NCBI GenBank assembly: GCA_051294905.1
Contig: CM119372.1
Span: 4,714,001 to 4,778,000, forward strand
Source of the DNA: Botryllus schlosseri
Lineage: Eukaryota
Direction of reading: 5' to 3'
DNA length: 64,000 nucleotides
The notes beneath the pieces were generated by a model that saw nothing but the letters and a program-made list of their open reading frames with translations, was not told the DNA's origin and searched no databases. Positions 1-13,771 of this stretch are shown here, in pieces (positions within the stretch are counted from its first letter, which is position 1; each line of letters opens with the position of its first letter). The translations under genes and the position numbers were made by a program.

Positions 1-903
1 GGACCAAACTTTTCACTCTAATAGCAATTAGTCAAAATTTCAAAAAAAACTTTTTTCCCCGGATTACGGGGATTCGTTGATTAAATTGTTAGGTAGCCTT
101 AATTGCAACCAGCAGAAACCGCCCTAGAGACAATTGAAATTTTTGAATTTATTAAAAAAGTATTTAGATATTTTTTTCAAATTTCACTGTCAACCCCATG
201 AAATTGTTGATTTATTTACAAAAACGATACAAAAGACATTTGACGCAATTACAACCCGTAGAAGCGAAGTTATTTGAGTTTTTCATCAATAATTCCGGAA
301 TTACCCACTAACAATGCTGTTTTTGCAAATCCAAAACTTCTTGCTGCAATAACTTCGCTTCCACCGGTCGGGAGCGATGAAAAATTGTCGTGGGCCGTGC
401 TTTTAGGTAACTTCACGGGGTTGACAGTAAAATTTGTGAAAAAAAAATTTAATTTATATCTAACGAATTTAGAAATTTCAATTTGTGCTGGTTAGAATTG
501 AGCCAAATTAGGCGTGCAACAGTTTTTTTAGGCAACCGTACAATTTAATCAGTGAACGACCCTACTGTACAGTAAACACTATGACTTGGACTCGGACTCG
601 AGTCTTGACACAGTGACTCGAACTTGAATCGGTGGCGAATTGAAAATGACTCGACTTGAGTCAAAACTATAACAGTGAAATTGACTTATGACTCGGAGCC
701 TTGTGAGTTGGTTACACCCCTGGACCACTCGTAATAAAATGGATATCCCCGTAACTGCGACAATTATTAAAACAGTGCCATGAAGTCGAGTGAGGACTTT
801 CCGATGAAATTTCTGCCGGACATAATTTGAAACAAAAATGGAAATATACCGGTTTTTGATGAGTTGTCCCGTGCGAATTAGTGATGTTTCGTCGTTTCGT
901 CAG

Positions 904-3900
904 AGGACGGAACGGTGCCGTGGTTGAGCAAGGCGCCCAGACCTTCGAAGATGTCCCGGGAGGAACACAGGAGGAGGTTCGAGAAGGACGTGGAGAAGAA
1001 AGAACTGGAGAAACGGAAGATGGAGGAAATGGAGGCGGATATGGCTTGCAACGCGATCATCAATAGGCGAGTATCTGCTTTCTTTGTGATCCTGCTTTTG
1101 AGGTTGATTCTTTGCAATGCTGATATAGCTCGGATTGACTGCTATGATTTTCCATGTATAATGCGCCCAAATGCATAATATGCATCACAAAAATGGCGTG
1201 TCAATGCTGGAAAAGAAGCGGCGTCCATGTTTAATACGCACCCAAATTTTGACTTTACTCAAGTTCGTCATTACATTGTAATTTTCAGGCCAGCGATGAT
1301 ATCTTGCGAACCAGGCCTATTGCAGATGCGATTGTTCAGGCCAACGATGATATCGTGCGCACCAGGCCTGTTGTACCTGCGATTGTTCAGGCCAGCGTAA
1401 CCAGGCCTGCGCAGCGCATTCGCGACCGCATTGACTTGGTGCGAAAGATATCATCGCTGGCCTAACTATCGCGTTTGCAAGCTTATCATACGCGTAAAAT
1501 CGTCAGCATGAGGATATTGTATGATCGTGATTTACGCATGTAGTTAACCCCAATTGAATTAATGCTATATTGGTAAATTTGAAAATAATCCAAACCCCCC
1601 TTTTATTTCGCCCCCCCCCTTATTTTTTGGCTGGCTGCACTCCTGATTACATTATTCAATTGTATACTGAAGTTCTGAATCGCAAGTAATCTTGTTTATT
1701 CCCGTTGCAGTCAAAACCCTTACCCAGTCGAAACAGTTCCGCCCATGATGGACCAGAGCATGATGGACCAGAGTATGATGGACCTGGGCATGTCCATGAT
1801 GGCGCCCAGCACGACGTTTACTCCGGGCGGGGTTTCCGGAAATTTGATCCAAATCAACCCGGCCCAGGTTATGGTCGATCAGTACGGCCAGCCAGTCGAC
1901 ATGCAGCCTGTGATGCAACAGAGTATGTTCGACTCGCAAGTGGCCCTACAGCAGGGGTTCAATTTTCAGCAAGGCGTGCAGGGGGTGTATAGCCAGGTAC
2001 GCATATGGCTGTTTTATTAACATGATTTCAACGGATTGTATGTATCCATTGCTTGGTGTAAGTAGGTATGGGTTTTTGATTGAGTTGGGAATGTATATAT
2101 TTTTGGGGTCCTAGAGTAAAATTTTTGAAAAATACTGAATTTAGGTTGGAGTCCATGTATGCGAATGTTTCGGTCTTGCTTATTGTAGGTTCCCGAATTT
2201 ATCACGAAAACTACCCTTTGCAGTATTTGTAGCGCTGTCAGACGGCCATTGTTGGGATATCCATGTGAAATATTTTAGAAACATGCACGGGAAGCAAACT
2301 AAATTGTTGAAGACACACGATCACTTGTTCACTCCTGGTTTGCCACTTGCGCTAACAGTAATTTGGCCAAAATTTGTGTATAATAAAACAAGTATTGCTT
2401 TCTGCTTTCAAGTCATCTGTTCGCCGTGATTATTTGAATTTTCATGCCCGTGAATCTGTGACGTCGTATTCGGTGATACGACTGTAGATATAAAAAGTTC
2501 TCTCCAATTCTTTACTGGTTGCTGACGATTACCCCTGGCGAGTATCAGCCGAAAATGTTTGGGTTTATTTCAACAGTTGTAGACCTATATTGCAGTTTTG
2601 TGGGCCTACCTCCCAAAAGTATCTTCAAAATTATTTCTTCAGTGGCATAAGTACCCTTGTTTGTCCTTTTACGCTAGTTATAGTTTGATCGCATGGAATT
2701 TATAGATTCTGTGGTCCGCTATGAAGTTTTTCCAAAGTCACAGGCCCTTTAAAACTAGGATAATCCGTTTTTCAGTTAGATAATCTACAATTGTATAATA
2801 TATTATTAGAAATCCGAATATTTGCGGGCAAATCATCAGTAGGGAATTGAAAAAAACTTCATGCCACAACAGCATATTGAAATTCTGTACAATAGAATGC
2901 CAAAATACTTTCATATCACAGGATGTGGTTACTCAACAAGCATACCAGGATGCGTACGGATACAATACTATCGATATGCAAGGCGGCATTTCCATGGCGG
3001 CCATGAATCAACAGGTTGGTTGAAGTTTTGAATTCTGTTTCGCAGTGATTCCACTTTGATTTCCGTCCCATATTCTAGCAGCAAATGGTGAATGCTTCTA
3101 TGGGTGTGGTGAACGCGACTCGCGTGCCGATGGAGCTGCAACCACAGCTGCCGGCTGTACCGCAACCGCAACCCGCCATGAGTAACGTTACCATTCTCGG
3201 AACGCAAAACGGTCAAGCTATCGTTATGCTGTCCGCAGAACAGTTACAGAAGGTAAAGTTTGATATGTTCAAATTCTGTTAAGAATTCAAGTGGGATATT
3301 TAGTGAAATGTTTCTTTGCTCTAATTCTAATCTAATTTGTAAAATGTTCCAATTTTAATGCTTATCTAATTTCTGGTTTTACCGAAAATTCTACAGGAAA
3401 ACTCGGGCTTATCAGAATGAACTCCTATTGGATACGAACGGAACTTTATTAAATTTCCGAGTTTTCGCGAATTCAGTAATTTTAATTCTATTCTAGTCTG
3501 GAAAAAAAACTGAGTAGCTGTAATTTTAATTCTAAATTCTAATCTAATTTGAAACAAATTGAGTAGCCATAATTCTAATTCTAGTCTAATTCGCACCATG
3601 TTTTGAGGATTGAACGGGATCACGAAATGGCGACACCCTGAATTTCTTGCCGCATTGCTACAGTGTAAAATTTTTTGCCCTAATTTAGTTTTTAATTCCC
3701 ACCAGCTCACGCAAGGCGACGCGCCGTCGGCCGCTCCGAGCGACGAGAAAGAGAAAAAATCCACAAAAAATCCAGAGAAACCGAAAGAGAAGAAAAAGGC
3801 CGCGGAAAAGAACAAGTCGCCCGAGCAGTTGCCGCCTAATTGGAAAACGGCCAAAGACCCCGACGGCCGCGTGTATTACTATCACAACATCACAAGGTAC

Positions 3901-6598
3901 CCGAGTTTTCTCGATAAATGTGAAACTGACGTTAAGTTTTACCGTTGGTACCGATCCTTAATTCTATTACGACGCTAGTTATACATTGCAACAAATTTTA
4001 GTTTAGTAGGGCTCGAGTCACCATTATTGCTTGATTCGACTCAACTTGCGTCTATTTGTGTATTGACTCGGCCAAGGGGATCTTCTATGTCTGAGACATA
4101 GGTCAGACTGGGTGTTTATGGTGAAACGCTCTACCATGCTTTGATAGTATCGATCGAATTAGTTGAACAAAAGCGGTCGCTCGTGGCTTGTTTGAAAGAA
4201 GACATCTCTGTCGCGGCGAATAGCACGTTCTTATTGGCACTTGAAAAGTGGAGCAAAATTTTCTGGAAAAATCAGCCGGTGCCACCCGGTTAAAGTCTTG
4301 TTTAAGCCACTTTTTTGGTGATGTCGATTGCCTCGCATTTATAATATACTAATTTTCCTCACTTTTAACAGTTTCTGGTCGCATTTTCAAGTACCAGTAC
4401 TGATAAACCAGATACCAGTAATGTGGTAACTAACTATTTTTCGAAACTACTATGAATTGTCGGTATTTGCCGTCTGAGTCTCGAGTCATATGACTTGGTC
4501 CGAGTCAAGTCGAGTCACCAAAAAATTGTGACTCGTTACAACCCTGCACACAACTATGAAACACCGACCGATCTAACGCCGACTGTGATGGTTTTGTAAT
4601 TTACAGGGAAACGCAATGGGATCCTCCTAAATGGAAAGATGGTGATGTAGGGAAAGATGGACGCACCACCCCCGATGATGGGCAGTCAAAGGTAGGGACG
4701 TCGCTGGTTTTGCTATGATCAACAAAACATTTTGGCGTAACGGCATTGTGACGAGACTCTGACAGCCAGATAATTCTACCTGCTTAATTAAGATTAGTTA
4801 AACCAAATTTCCCTTATTCTAGTTCTAATCTAATATGTGGAATGTTTCGTTTCTCCTAATTTAATCTGGCTGAATGAACTATGAGATGAACTGAACTTGA
4901 TTATGTCATATTTTCTTTCCGATTGAGAATTTCATTCCATACCCAAGAATTCAATAATTCTAATTCTAATCTCATTCGGAAAAGCTGAATATTTTCTAAC
5001 CGTCCAACTGTCATTGTGACAGGACAAGCAGGACGGCATCACGGAAGAAGGCAGAAAGTCGAAAGACCAATTCAGGTTGAAGATGTCGCAATTCGTGGTG
5101 CAGTGCTTGAGCTCGTTTCGTAAACCGGACAGAAAAGTCGGACGCATCACGTCCACGGAAGACTTTAAGCACCTGGCCAGGAAGGTTCGTTATCCGGTGA
5201 ACAATATCAACAGTAAAACTAGGACCAAAATGCGGTTTTTGACTAGATGAATTCAATTCAATTTATTATTAAAGGGGCACTGCACTCTGAAAACGATGTG
5301 GTGTCAAATTGAAGGGCGGAACGAAAAAAAAAATTGGCCGCAGCCGTTTTCTTCAGAACGCCACCGTAATGGAGCCGCAGTTTATTGACATTTCAATAGC
5401 AACTTCACGCTCCAGCAGTCACGCAGAGATCGGACTTTATATAGTTGTCAGCGTCGTACGCGTCAAGGTGGTTTAGATACCCCGTTCAACGGAAGATATT
5501 CAGGAGATTTATGTCAAAATCGGGCCTAGTGTATTCTATTTCTTTAGGGCATAGGGCATGTATGATATTTCCTTCATAACATCGGCTGACAACTATATAA
5601 AGTTCGATCTCTGTGTGACTGCCGGAGCGTGGAGTTGCTATTGAAATGTCAATAAATTGCAGCTCCATTACGGTGGCGTTCTGAAGAAAACGGCTGCGGC
5701 CAATTTTTTTTTTTCGTTTCGCCCTTCAATTTGAGACCACATCATTTTTAGAGTGCAGTGCCCTTTGACAATTCCATCATTTCAATCAACCGCGAGGCTG
5801 CGATACAATGAAAGATAGGAAGGTGTCGAAACGTCTTGGAGTAGTCTTTGAAATCTGAAAGGGATCTGCTCAAGTGATATAGAATGGCTTTCATACATAA
5901 TATAATAATTTTCATCAGTTTTAACTGTTTCTGGCCCTATTTTCCAAGTATCAGGACTGATAGACGAAATACCAATAATGTGATAGCTGTATTATTCTTC
6001 GAAGTTACAACGAAATGTCTGTCTTTGCCGTCTTAGTCTTGAGTCATATGACTTGGTTGGAGCCATGCACAATAACTCATTTCAAAAAAAGACTCGAATC
6101 GAGTCACACAAGAATCACCACTCGAGCCATTACAACCCTGATCAGCACACGGCATGTTGAATCTTATGGTTATCATTCACAGCTGATCACAAAACCTATG
6201 GCCCTTTTACTCCTCGGTTCACTTCAGTTAATTATTGAAAATTCCATCCAATCATTACGCTACAAGATTGCGGTGCAATGAAAAGATTTGTAGATGTAAT
6301 CACGCCAGCTGTCTTGGGCAAGATAATGTTAATCGTTCTGTATGGTGAATGTTTGAATGACACGGGAAAAGCCTTCTCCGTAACGCTAATCCCGTTCGAT
6401 CTGATATCATGGATAAGCAGTCTAACGCTGTCATTTCTCTCACAGCTGACGCATATCATAATGCAGAAGGAGTTGAAACAGGTACAAGTCCTGGAAGACC
6501 TCGATTTTAACGCAAACGTGAAGCACAAGACAAAGGAATATGTCAAGAAATACATGGGTAAAGTGGGGCCCGTGTACCGCATCAAGGACGATACATGA
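904..6598 (+). CDS. SETD2: Histone H3K36 methyltransferase SETD2, 3' portion (8 exons; gene begins upstream of the window)
   Basis: Phase-consistent exons 904-1066, 1711-1996, 2922-3014, 3079-3252, 3706-3896, 4607-4691, 5023-5184, 6446-6598 (TGA). They encode a WW domain LPPNWKTAKDPDGRVYYYHNITR|ETQWDPP and an SRI domain FRLKMSQFVVQCLSSFRKPDRKVGRITSTEDFKHLARK|LTHIIMQKELK...NVKHKTKEYVKKYM, both closely matching the SETD2 C-terminus. Confidence 0.95.
1284..1463. repeat. Small element with 51-bp tandem units and an inverted terminal copy
   Basis: TTCAGGCCA(G/A)CG units start at 1284, 1335 and 1386; an inverted copy GATATCATCGCTGGCCT ends at 1463. Confidence 0.7.
5273..5764. mobile_element. Palindromic MITE, Kolobok-like termini
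   Basis: ~180-bp inverted arms (5273-5452 and 5585-5764) around a 132-bp spacer. Termini AGGGGCACTGCACTC and GAGTGCAGTGCCCT, flanked by TTAA on the left and TTGA on the right. Confidence 0.75.
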
Positions 6599-6859
6599 GG
6601 CGTTTGAGCGGCAGATTTCGGCTGTGAAATCTGTGTTGAAGTCACCCGCTGATGCTCGGTCACGGCATTCCGTGGACGGTGTGAGTGCTGTGGAGTAATC
6701 ACTGGGCCGTTTATTCCATTTACTGTGTTGGCTGGATCGAGAAAATGAACACGTCGGATGCATTCTAGTATCAACAGATGACTTTGCTGTGTTTTTTTTC
6801 TACTCTTACAATAATTTTAGCTTTAAGCTATTGTCTCTTTTTATTGTGACTGCGATTTA

Positions 6860-7339
6860 AATAAACCGATTTTACTTTGCTGATCCTTCTGAATCTGTCG
6901 TTTTCGTAATGTCTTGTAGCTGTGTTTCCTTTGGAGGCTTTTCTTTATTAAATTATGTTTCAATAAACTTTTTGTTAGGATTTTGCTAGCCAAGAGTCTG
7001 TGAATGGGAGCAACGAGAGAGCAAGATTCTATCATCGCGGAAGATTGGATGACTGTGTGTCCTAGGTTGCGAGAGACGAAATTATCGAAGAGTCGAGCTT
7101 CAATCCATTACTGGTGCCCGCGTACGCCAGTGGGGACTCCCAGGCTTACCTCTGAGATGAGGGAAGGCAGAATTTTTCATAAAATGACTGGCTATCATGT
7201 GACGCAATTGGCGGGCTGTTGACCGCGCGTACCCGTCAACAGCGCAACTCTTGATTTTGAAATGAATCTGAGAAGCGGGTTTATTGCTTACCATACTTAT
7301 CACGCGCTTTGAGGTGTACACAATAAATTATACAATAAA
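6860..7339 (+). terminator. Candidate SETD2 polyadenylation signals
   Basis: AATAAA at 6860, 6962, 7322 and 7334, downstream of the stop codon; which is used is unknown. Confidence 0.45.
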
Positions 7340-7453
7340 CTAATGACATGTTGTACCAAGTCCTTTTCTGGAGGTGTCTTACAAAAGTCTAGAAGTGCTA
7401 CAAGTCGGCAGATACGGAATCGTAATAAATAATATTGGCCTAGCGCCCTATGA

Positions 7454-7806
7454 TAGGGTTACCATATTTTGGAAATCTGAAAAGAGGACACTTTTTCAGA
7501 CTTGCAAAACCGGTGGTAAATCCTGAAAAATGGTAAATTTTTCTCACTTCGCGGTCGGTTGACTAAATAAAAAAAATGCCAACTTACTCGCTCGGTGCCC
7601 TGCCCAAAATACGGTTTTTCCCTTCACATTTTCAAGTGGTTGACTAAAAAATAAAGTCATCTCCAGCTCAGCTCCCGAAATACCCGCCTGAGCGTTACGT
7701 CGCTGCTGACGATTTACGGCATCTCAGTCGATTTTGGCCGTAAATTTGACCTGAATTCTCAATAAAGAGGACAAATCCTCTTAAAAGAGGACGTATGGTA
7801 ACCCTA
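7454..7806. mobile_element. hAT-type MITE
   Basis: TIR TAGGGTTACCAT...ATGGTAACCCTA with a perfect 8-bp duplication CCCTATGA (7446-7453 and 7807-7814). Related pieces at ~7818-8396 and 61661-61785. Confidence 0.85.
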
Positions 7807-8167
7807 CCCTATGACAATTACCATAATTTGACATTCGAAAAATAGGACACTCTATACAAGCTACAAAATATAGAAGCGGACGAGAAAACGGGTAATTTAA
7901 AATTGGTTTGACTAAAGAAGAAGAAAAAAAAATCATTTTTCACCTCGATTCCCGACAGACCTGCTCCAACTTAAAGTCGGTTCGCTTATATTTTTAGCCA
8001 ACCTTTGCCGTCACTGCCTTCGAAATCCAGATTTCGCGTCATTTGTGGCATTGTCCGTGTACGATCGCCTGGCTCTCAAAGTAGGACGAATTGCCAAAAA
8101 AAAGAAGTCATTCTCAATTTCATGATAGGTTTATTATGAATTTTATCAGTTAAATACACCGCAAAAA

Positions 8168-8638
8168 TGCGATGCAATGAAAAGATAGGAAGGTGTCGAA
8201 GCGACTTGGAGTAGTCTATGGAATCAGACACCCACCTTGGCCTAGGCGATGTAAAGAGGAGGAATGCACACTGAATGAAAAGTAAAGAAGATAGTATGGA
8301 AAAGAAGCAAGCGACAAATTGGGGTGGCATGTCATGACTTCAATTTCTTGAAAATGGGGGACGTATGGTTTATACAGCTTGGTGATGGTAACCCTACCGT
8401 TGTAGTCGAAAAGCACCATGAATGCCATAAAACGATGACGAGATAGTCAAGAGCTTGGAAATGTGGATTGTTTTGGCTTGCGTCTTATATTCTCTGCATT
8501 ACTTTGCATTCAGTGTGCACTGTGCAATGTGCATGCCTCTTATTTTGTTATTTACTTCACCTAGGCTAGGGTGGGTGCCTGATCTTAAAGGCTACTCCAA
8601 ATTGTTTCGACACCTTCCTATCTTTTCATTGTATCGCA
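8168..8638. repeat. Inverted-repeat element of a dispersed family
   Basis: GATGCAATGAAAAGATAGGAAGGTGTCGAA... at 8170 with an inverted copy ending ~8638. Other fragments at ~5800-5855 and ~61535-61650. Confidence 0.65.
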
Positions 8639-11600
8639 GTCTTGTGATGTTTTTGAAACGATGAAAATATTAATAAACCTGATTGATGATTGATGATGAT
8701 AGCCCATTATGAAGGCTATGGTTTTGGCAGCGCAACTGCTTTGTGTCTTTGCCCAATCATTGCCTACGTTGGGGGTCGATAAAGAGCTGTAAATAGGGCA
8801 ATAGTTCTGAAACAGAATAAGCCAGACGACGACAATGACTGGTTCCCTTCCGATACCATAGCATGTGATGTTTTCAATCAGCTCGGTTAGATTAGGTGTA
8901 TGTAGGTAAGTGCGTGGAAGGGCAAGGTCGTCAGCACTCATCAGGCCATATCTATCACGATGACATGAGTGGTGATGGGTGCGGTTACATGTCCACATCG
9001 CAAAATGACGGCTGTGGATCTTCGTTATGCTACAGATTTGTAACATGGTTTTGATGGAGGACTTATTTTTCGCGGCGTCGACAGTTTACGATCAGAAAGT
9101 CATAAAGTGTGCTCCTATTCCGATGACTGGGAATCGTCAATTTTGTCAGATGATATCGTATAACGTCATGCACTAATGTTCTGGTGTTTCTGTCTATATG
9201 ACTTGTCTTTGGGATAGAATTCATTGTGCACCCAATTTGCACCACTGATTCCGTGAATTGCTCGGTAGCGTCGTGCGTTACTATCAGAATTGGTTAATGT
9301 TCTGGAAATTTCTTGAAAACAGCCCCACAATCAATGCAGTGGAATTCTCCCGCCGTTGTGCATAGCCCGGTATTTGACCAATGTCTCGGAATACTGTTTG
9401 ATAGGCAGGCTGATGAATCTAAGATCTAATAAACTGAATATTACATATCCATGCATATTTGTCTAGGATAAACAAGCATTATATAATTTTATCATTGATC
9501 ATTAAAGTGACAATCGTGATCTGCTGCCTGTTCAAGTTTGATATCAATTCCCATATTTATTTGGATTTACACAGCTACTTTAACCAACACGTTGTTTGAA
9601 TACAAGTAAACTTATCATTTAATATGGACCCATGTGTCTTACACTCGTATTTATTATGTTGAATTAGTGACTTCATTTTTTTTTCTCGCAAATTCAGCAT
9701 TCTTTCGAGAGGTGAAGGGACCAAAGTTCGCGGAGACAATTACTCAAATTCTATTAGATTTCAAGAGTGAACATTGGGCATTCTTATTGTAGTTACCTTG
9801 AAGTGTCAAATATCTGGGATACAGTGTAAAACCAGTCACTTGGCAAAGGCAAAGGTTACTTAATTTCAATTGTATTCCGCTCATTGAGTTCAATTATTGT
9901 AATCACTCTATAGGCTATAGGCTAAGATTTCTGCATATGAATAAAATGTAATTATTTTGTAGCCCCTACTATTACAATGTGTATTACTAGACTTGGACAA
10001 CTACATAATTCTGGTTGTCTGATTGCAGCAAAATGTCGGTAATCTAATTATATTCTAATTTGTGAAATAGCTCTTCTATAATTCTAATTATTTTCTAATT
10101 TATGACATGTTTCTATGTTCTAGATTAATTCTTCTCTAATTTCTGGCTGCAGAGAACTGTATGGTGCGAAAGAAGCCAAGCCTGCTGTGCAGATATTTGT
10201 TGTTCTCTTGCTCATAAAATGAACTCTGCTTGGATATAATCTGAACTTGATCAATTTCCAAGTTTTCGTAAATTCAGTAATTCTAATACTTGGAAAACAA
10301 ACCGTAGTTATAATTCTAATTCTAATCTCATTTGTAAAAATCTGTGCAGCTATTATTCTAAATGTAGTCTAATTTGTAAAAACCTATGTCGCTACAATTA
10401 TAATTCTAATCTAATTCGAAATAGCTGAAAATTTGCTAGTGTATTACATGCCTTCATCGAACGCTATGTCTGAAATACTTGAATCAAATAACCCTTTAGT
10501 GAAACATTCAGAACCAACTTCGCAAGCAAGTTTTGTTTCGTAGATGTCATTTTAGAGCGATTTTATTATAAAACCGTCATCTCGATTCCTATAAATACTT
10601 AACCGCCGCATGTATGTTTGTTAGATGGGGATTATTTGTGTCTCAAATAAGGGGACTTGAAAAAAAGTTGGTTGCCAAGCACTGACGGACTGAAGAATAA
10701 AGAGCTATCGAAGAAGAAAGATATTGAAGGATACATTTCGTGTGACCTTCATCGTTTTTAACATCCGTACCTAAGACGACGCACAGCGCCGATAATCGCC
10801 ACTTCCGAATGCGGTGCCTATATGGTCAAAGTATCTTGCTTACTAACTCAGGTATGGATGTATGGATGTATGGATGTGTCTTTGAAAATCGTCAGTCAAT
10901 TTTTTTGTCAATAGTCAAGCTATATAGTCGATGCAGATATATTATTTATAGTTGATGTCATGCTCATCACTGTTTATCCCATAGAAACATCAACACAGGT
11001 ATTAATAGGTGTTAATTTATGAAATGAGAATCATCATTCCCTAATGGAAGCGGATTATGCTGTTCTTGTAGTCATACAAAGCAACAGGTTTGCAACAAAA
11101 GTGCCATATCAGCATTAAGAACATTGCAAATTGTCAATGTTGTTTGTCAGTATAGAGAATGCAGAAGTATTAGCAAGACAATCTGTTTTCATGACTTTGT
11201 TTAGCAGCGAGAGAAAATGATCCACCATTAGAACAATGGGCAACCAATCTCTCTGTTACTTTTACGATACAGTCATAGGCCAATAAGATTGTGCCGGTTC
11301 ATGAAACTGAATATTTGAATATCTGCGCCATCATTTGAAATTTTCGAATATCACTTTATATTGTACTGTAGTTTTGCATGTTATGGTAAAGTGTCAGGAC
11401 AACTTTCTACGATATATACTGTTGAGAAGCCATCTGAGAAATTAGCTAACGAGGAATTATCAAGGATTTGCATAAGGAAAAATTAGTAGCACAAGTTTGA
11501 AACTGCTGCTATTCTCTTGCGGCTGTTTAGCCGTGAAAAGTAAACCTCAGTTGATCATATATAATTCAAGGAATTCATCGATATCGTTATTGGTGTTTTC

Positions 11601-12928
11601 TCATGGCAAATATACTTAACGCTTCACCATCGGATTTGATGTATTGGATACATGTTCAGAGCGAGAATTGGATGATTGAAATTATACTACCCATGTTACA
11701 CCCTTACAACTTTTTTTTATACCTACAGTCCTGTTCATTGAATTTATTTCCTGGCTGTTCATTGTTTTTCTAAACTTAAAACAGGCCCTAATACACTTTT
11801 TCTTTCATGTGTTACAAGCAAAATCTCAATCTTCATGAATAAATGCTATAAATTATTGAAATGTGTCCTTCACCCATTATGATATATGGGGTACTGATTG
11901 ATATACACGTTAGCTCTAACAAATCTTGGTTGATGTTGAAAAAGTGTCTTTGTGTGTGCACGCTGGTGTTTTCTGGCACGTTTTTGAAATACCTAATCAC
12001 ATAACACTCGCGCCGCGGTGATTTAATACTTATGCAAACAAAACAACGGGATTTTAGGTTTGCTTTTGGTAAATATTTCTGTTTCGATGAATTGAAAAAC
12101 ATTTTCTTTCAGAGAGTCGCCAACCAGATACTTGGGTAGAGATTGTGGCACTGCGGGCACTATTCTTACAGAACTGTAACAATTTGATCTGCTCTGGTCC
12201 ACAGCACCACTTCGAAGACATAGAGAATGGCTAGTGGGATCGACGGTTGGTGGAATATGTTATGTGTTTATATCGTTTGAAGATAATCGTTGAGGTGCAG
12301 CTGTCTTTAGCGTGCAGTGGTGTGAGTTGAGTGAGCACTTTTGTTATGCAGTGTCTGTTATATCTTTTCGCCTCTGTGCCAGCAGATTCGCATATTTGTG
12401 GAGTGTACATTAGAGTTGTCCAAAATAAGCTTTTTTCTTCAGATTTAACTGATGAAGTTGTTAGATCGAGTTTAATAACGCGGCACACCTAATTTGGCTC
12501 GATTCCCACTTGTAGATGCGAAGCTATTGGAGTTGAATTTTTTCAAATCACACTGTACACCCCGTGAAATGGTTGAGTTGTCTTCAAAAACGATGACTAG
12601 CGAATTTGGCTCAGTTTCAACATGTAGAAGCCAAGTTATTGATGTTCAAAATTTTGGATTTCAAATAATCGTATTTACGGTGGGAAGATATCTAATTGAT
12701 AGGCTAATTGAAGAAGTTGCCACCGTAAATACTATTTTATTAAAATCTTGAACTTAGTACTTCAAAAACTCTGCTTCTACTGGTTGCATTTAGTCAGATT
12801 TGATTTGTATTGTTTTGTGACTCAACTTTACAAATTCATGTTGTTGACAGTAAAATTGAAAAAAAATTAAAATACCTAATTTATAATGTATGTGAAATAT
12901 TCCAACACAAATAGCTCTGCTTCTACAC

Positions 12929-13562
12929 TAGGGGTGTTCGAAAATTACTTTTTTTCTCAAATTGTACCGGCTACTTGATAAAATTGTTTGATTACCTAAT
13001 TTAAGCCTACACACCAAATTCGGTTCCATTCCAGCCGGTAGCCACATTGCTACAGGAGAAGAAAGTTTCTATTTTTTATATAAAAATAAACAAAAATTTC
13101 AAAATTTTCTGTTCACCCCACGAAAGTGTTAGGTTGTCTATAGGAACAATGTTCACCAAATTTGACTCAATTCCAACCAGTGGAAGCGGAGTTATTTCCG
13201 TCGAAAAATTAGGATTATCAATAACATAGTATTTACGGTGACCAATTCTTTAATTATTTATTATCGGTGTGCACACCGTAAATACTATTTTATTCAAATC
13301 CAAATCTTTCGACAGCAATAACTCCGCTTCCACTGGTTGGAATTGAGCCAAATTTGGTGAACATCGTTTTTATAGACAACCTAACACTTTCATGGGGTGA
13401 ACAGAAAATTTTGAAATTCTTGTTGATATTTTTGTACCGTATATAGAAACTTTCTTCTCCTGTAGCAATGCGGCTACTGGCTGCAATTGAACCAAAATTG
13501 GTGCGTAGGCTTGAATTAGGTAACCTAACAATTTTATCAAATAACCAGAAGCCTGTACAATA
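12929..13562. mobile_element. hAT-type palindromic MITE (TAGGGGTGTTC family) nested in an older related copy
   Basis: Begins TAGGGGTGTTCGAAAA and is flanked by an exact 8-bp duplication TTCTACAC (12921-12928 and 13563-13570). The right TIR is largely deleted, and flanks 12490-12928 and 13571-13640 are a diverged relative. Confidence 0.75.
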
Positions 13563-13771
13563 TTCTACACGTTACAATTGAGCCAAATTTGGTGTGCAGC
13601 GATCTTTTTTAGCCAACCCCAAAAAATTTTACTGTATAGTTATTTTTGAACAATCATAGTGAATATTTCTGGCAACCTGTCAAGATTGCGAATTTTTTTT
13701 CAACCTCAGAAAAAAATTAGCATTTATTATTCTTCTCTCACGCACTGGTGTGTTGCTTGTGGAAATCTCAG

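Noticed and set aside
1745..1783. 15-bp repeat encoding MMDQSMMDQSMMD, and the TAGCAG tandem acceptor at 3076-3081
   Set aside because: Ordinary low-complexity features of the disordered SETD2 linker.
6232..6774. 180-aa minus-strand ORF and similar antisense ORFs over exons (for example 3366-3854, 30115-30411, 37313-37630)
   Set aside because: These are shadows of GC-rich coding exons on the opposite strand or run through repeats.
8640..9420. ORFs 8618-9046 and 9063-9245 and a CIDCGAVF zinc-finger-like string on the minus strand
   Set aside because: Stops interrupt the frames, the His pair is absent, and I found no convincing splice chain or recognisable family.
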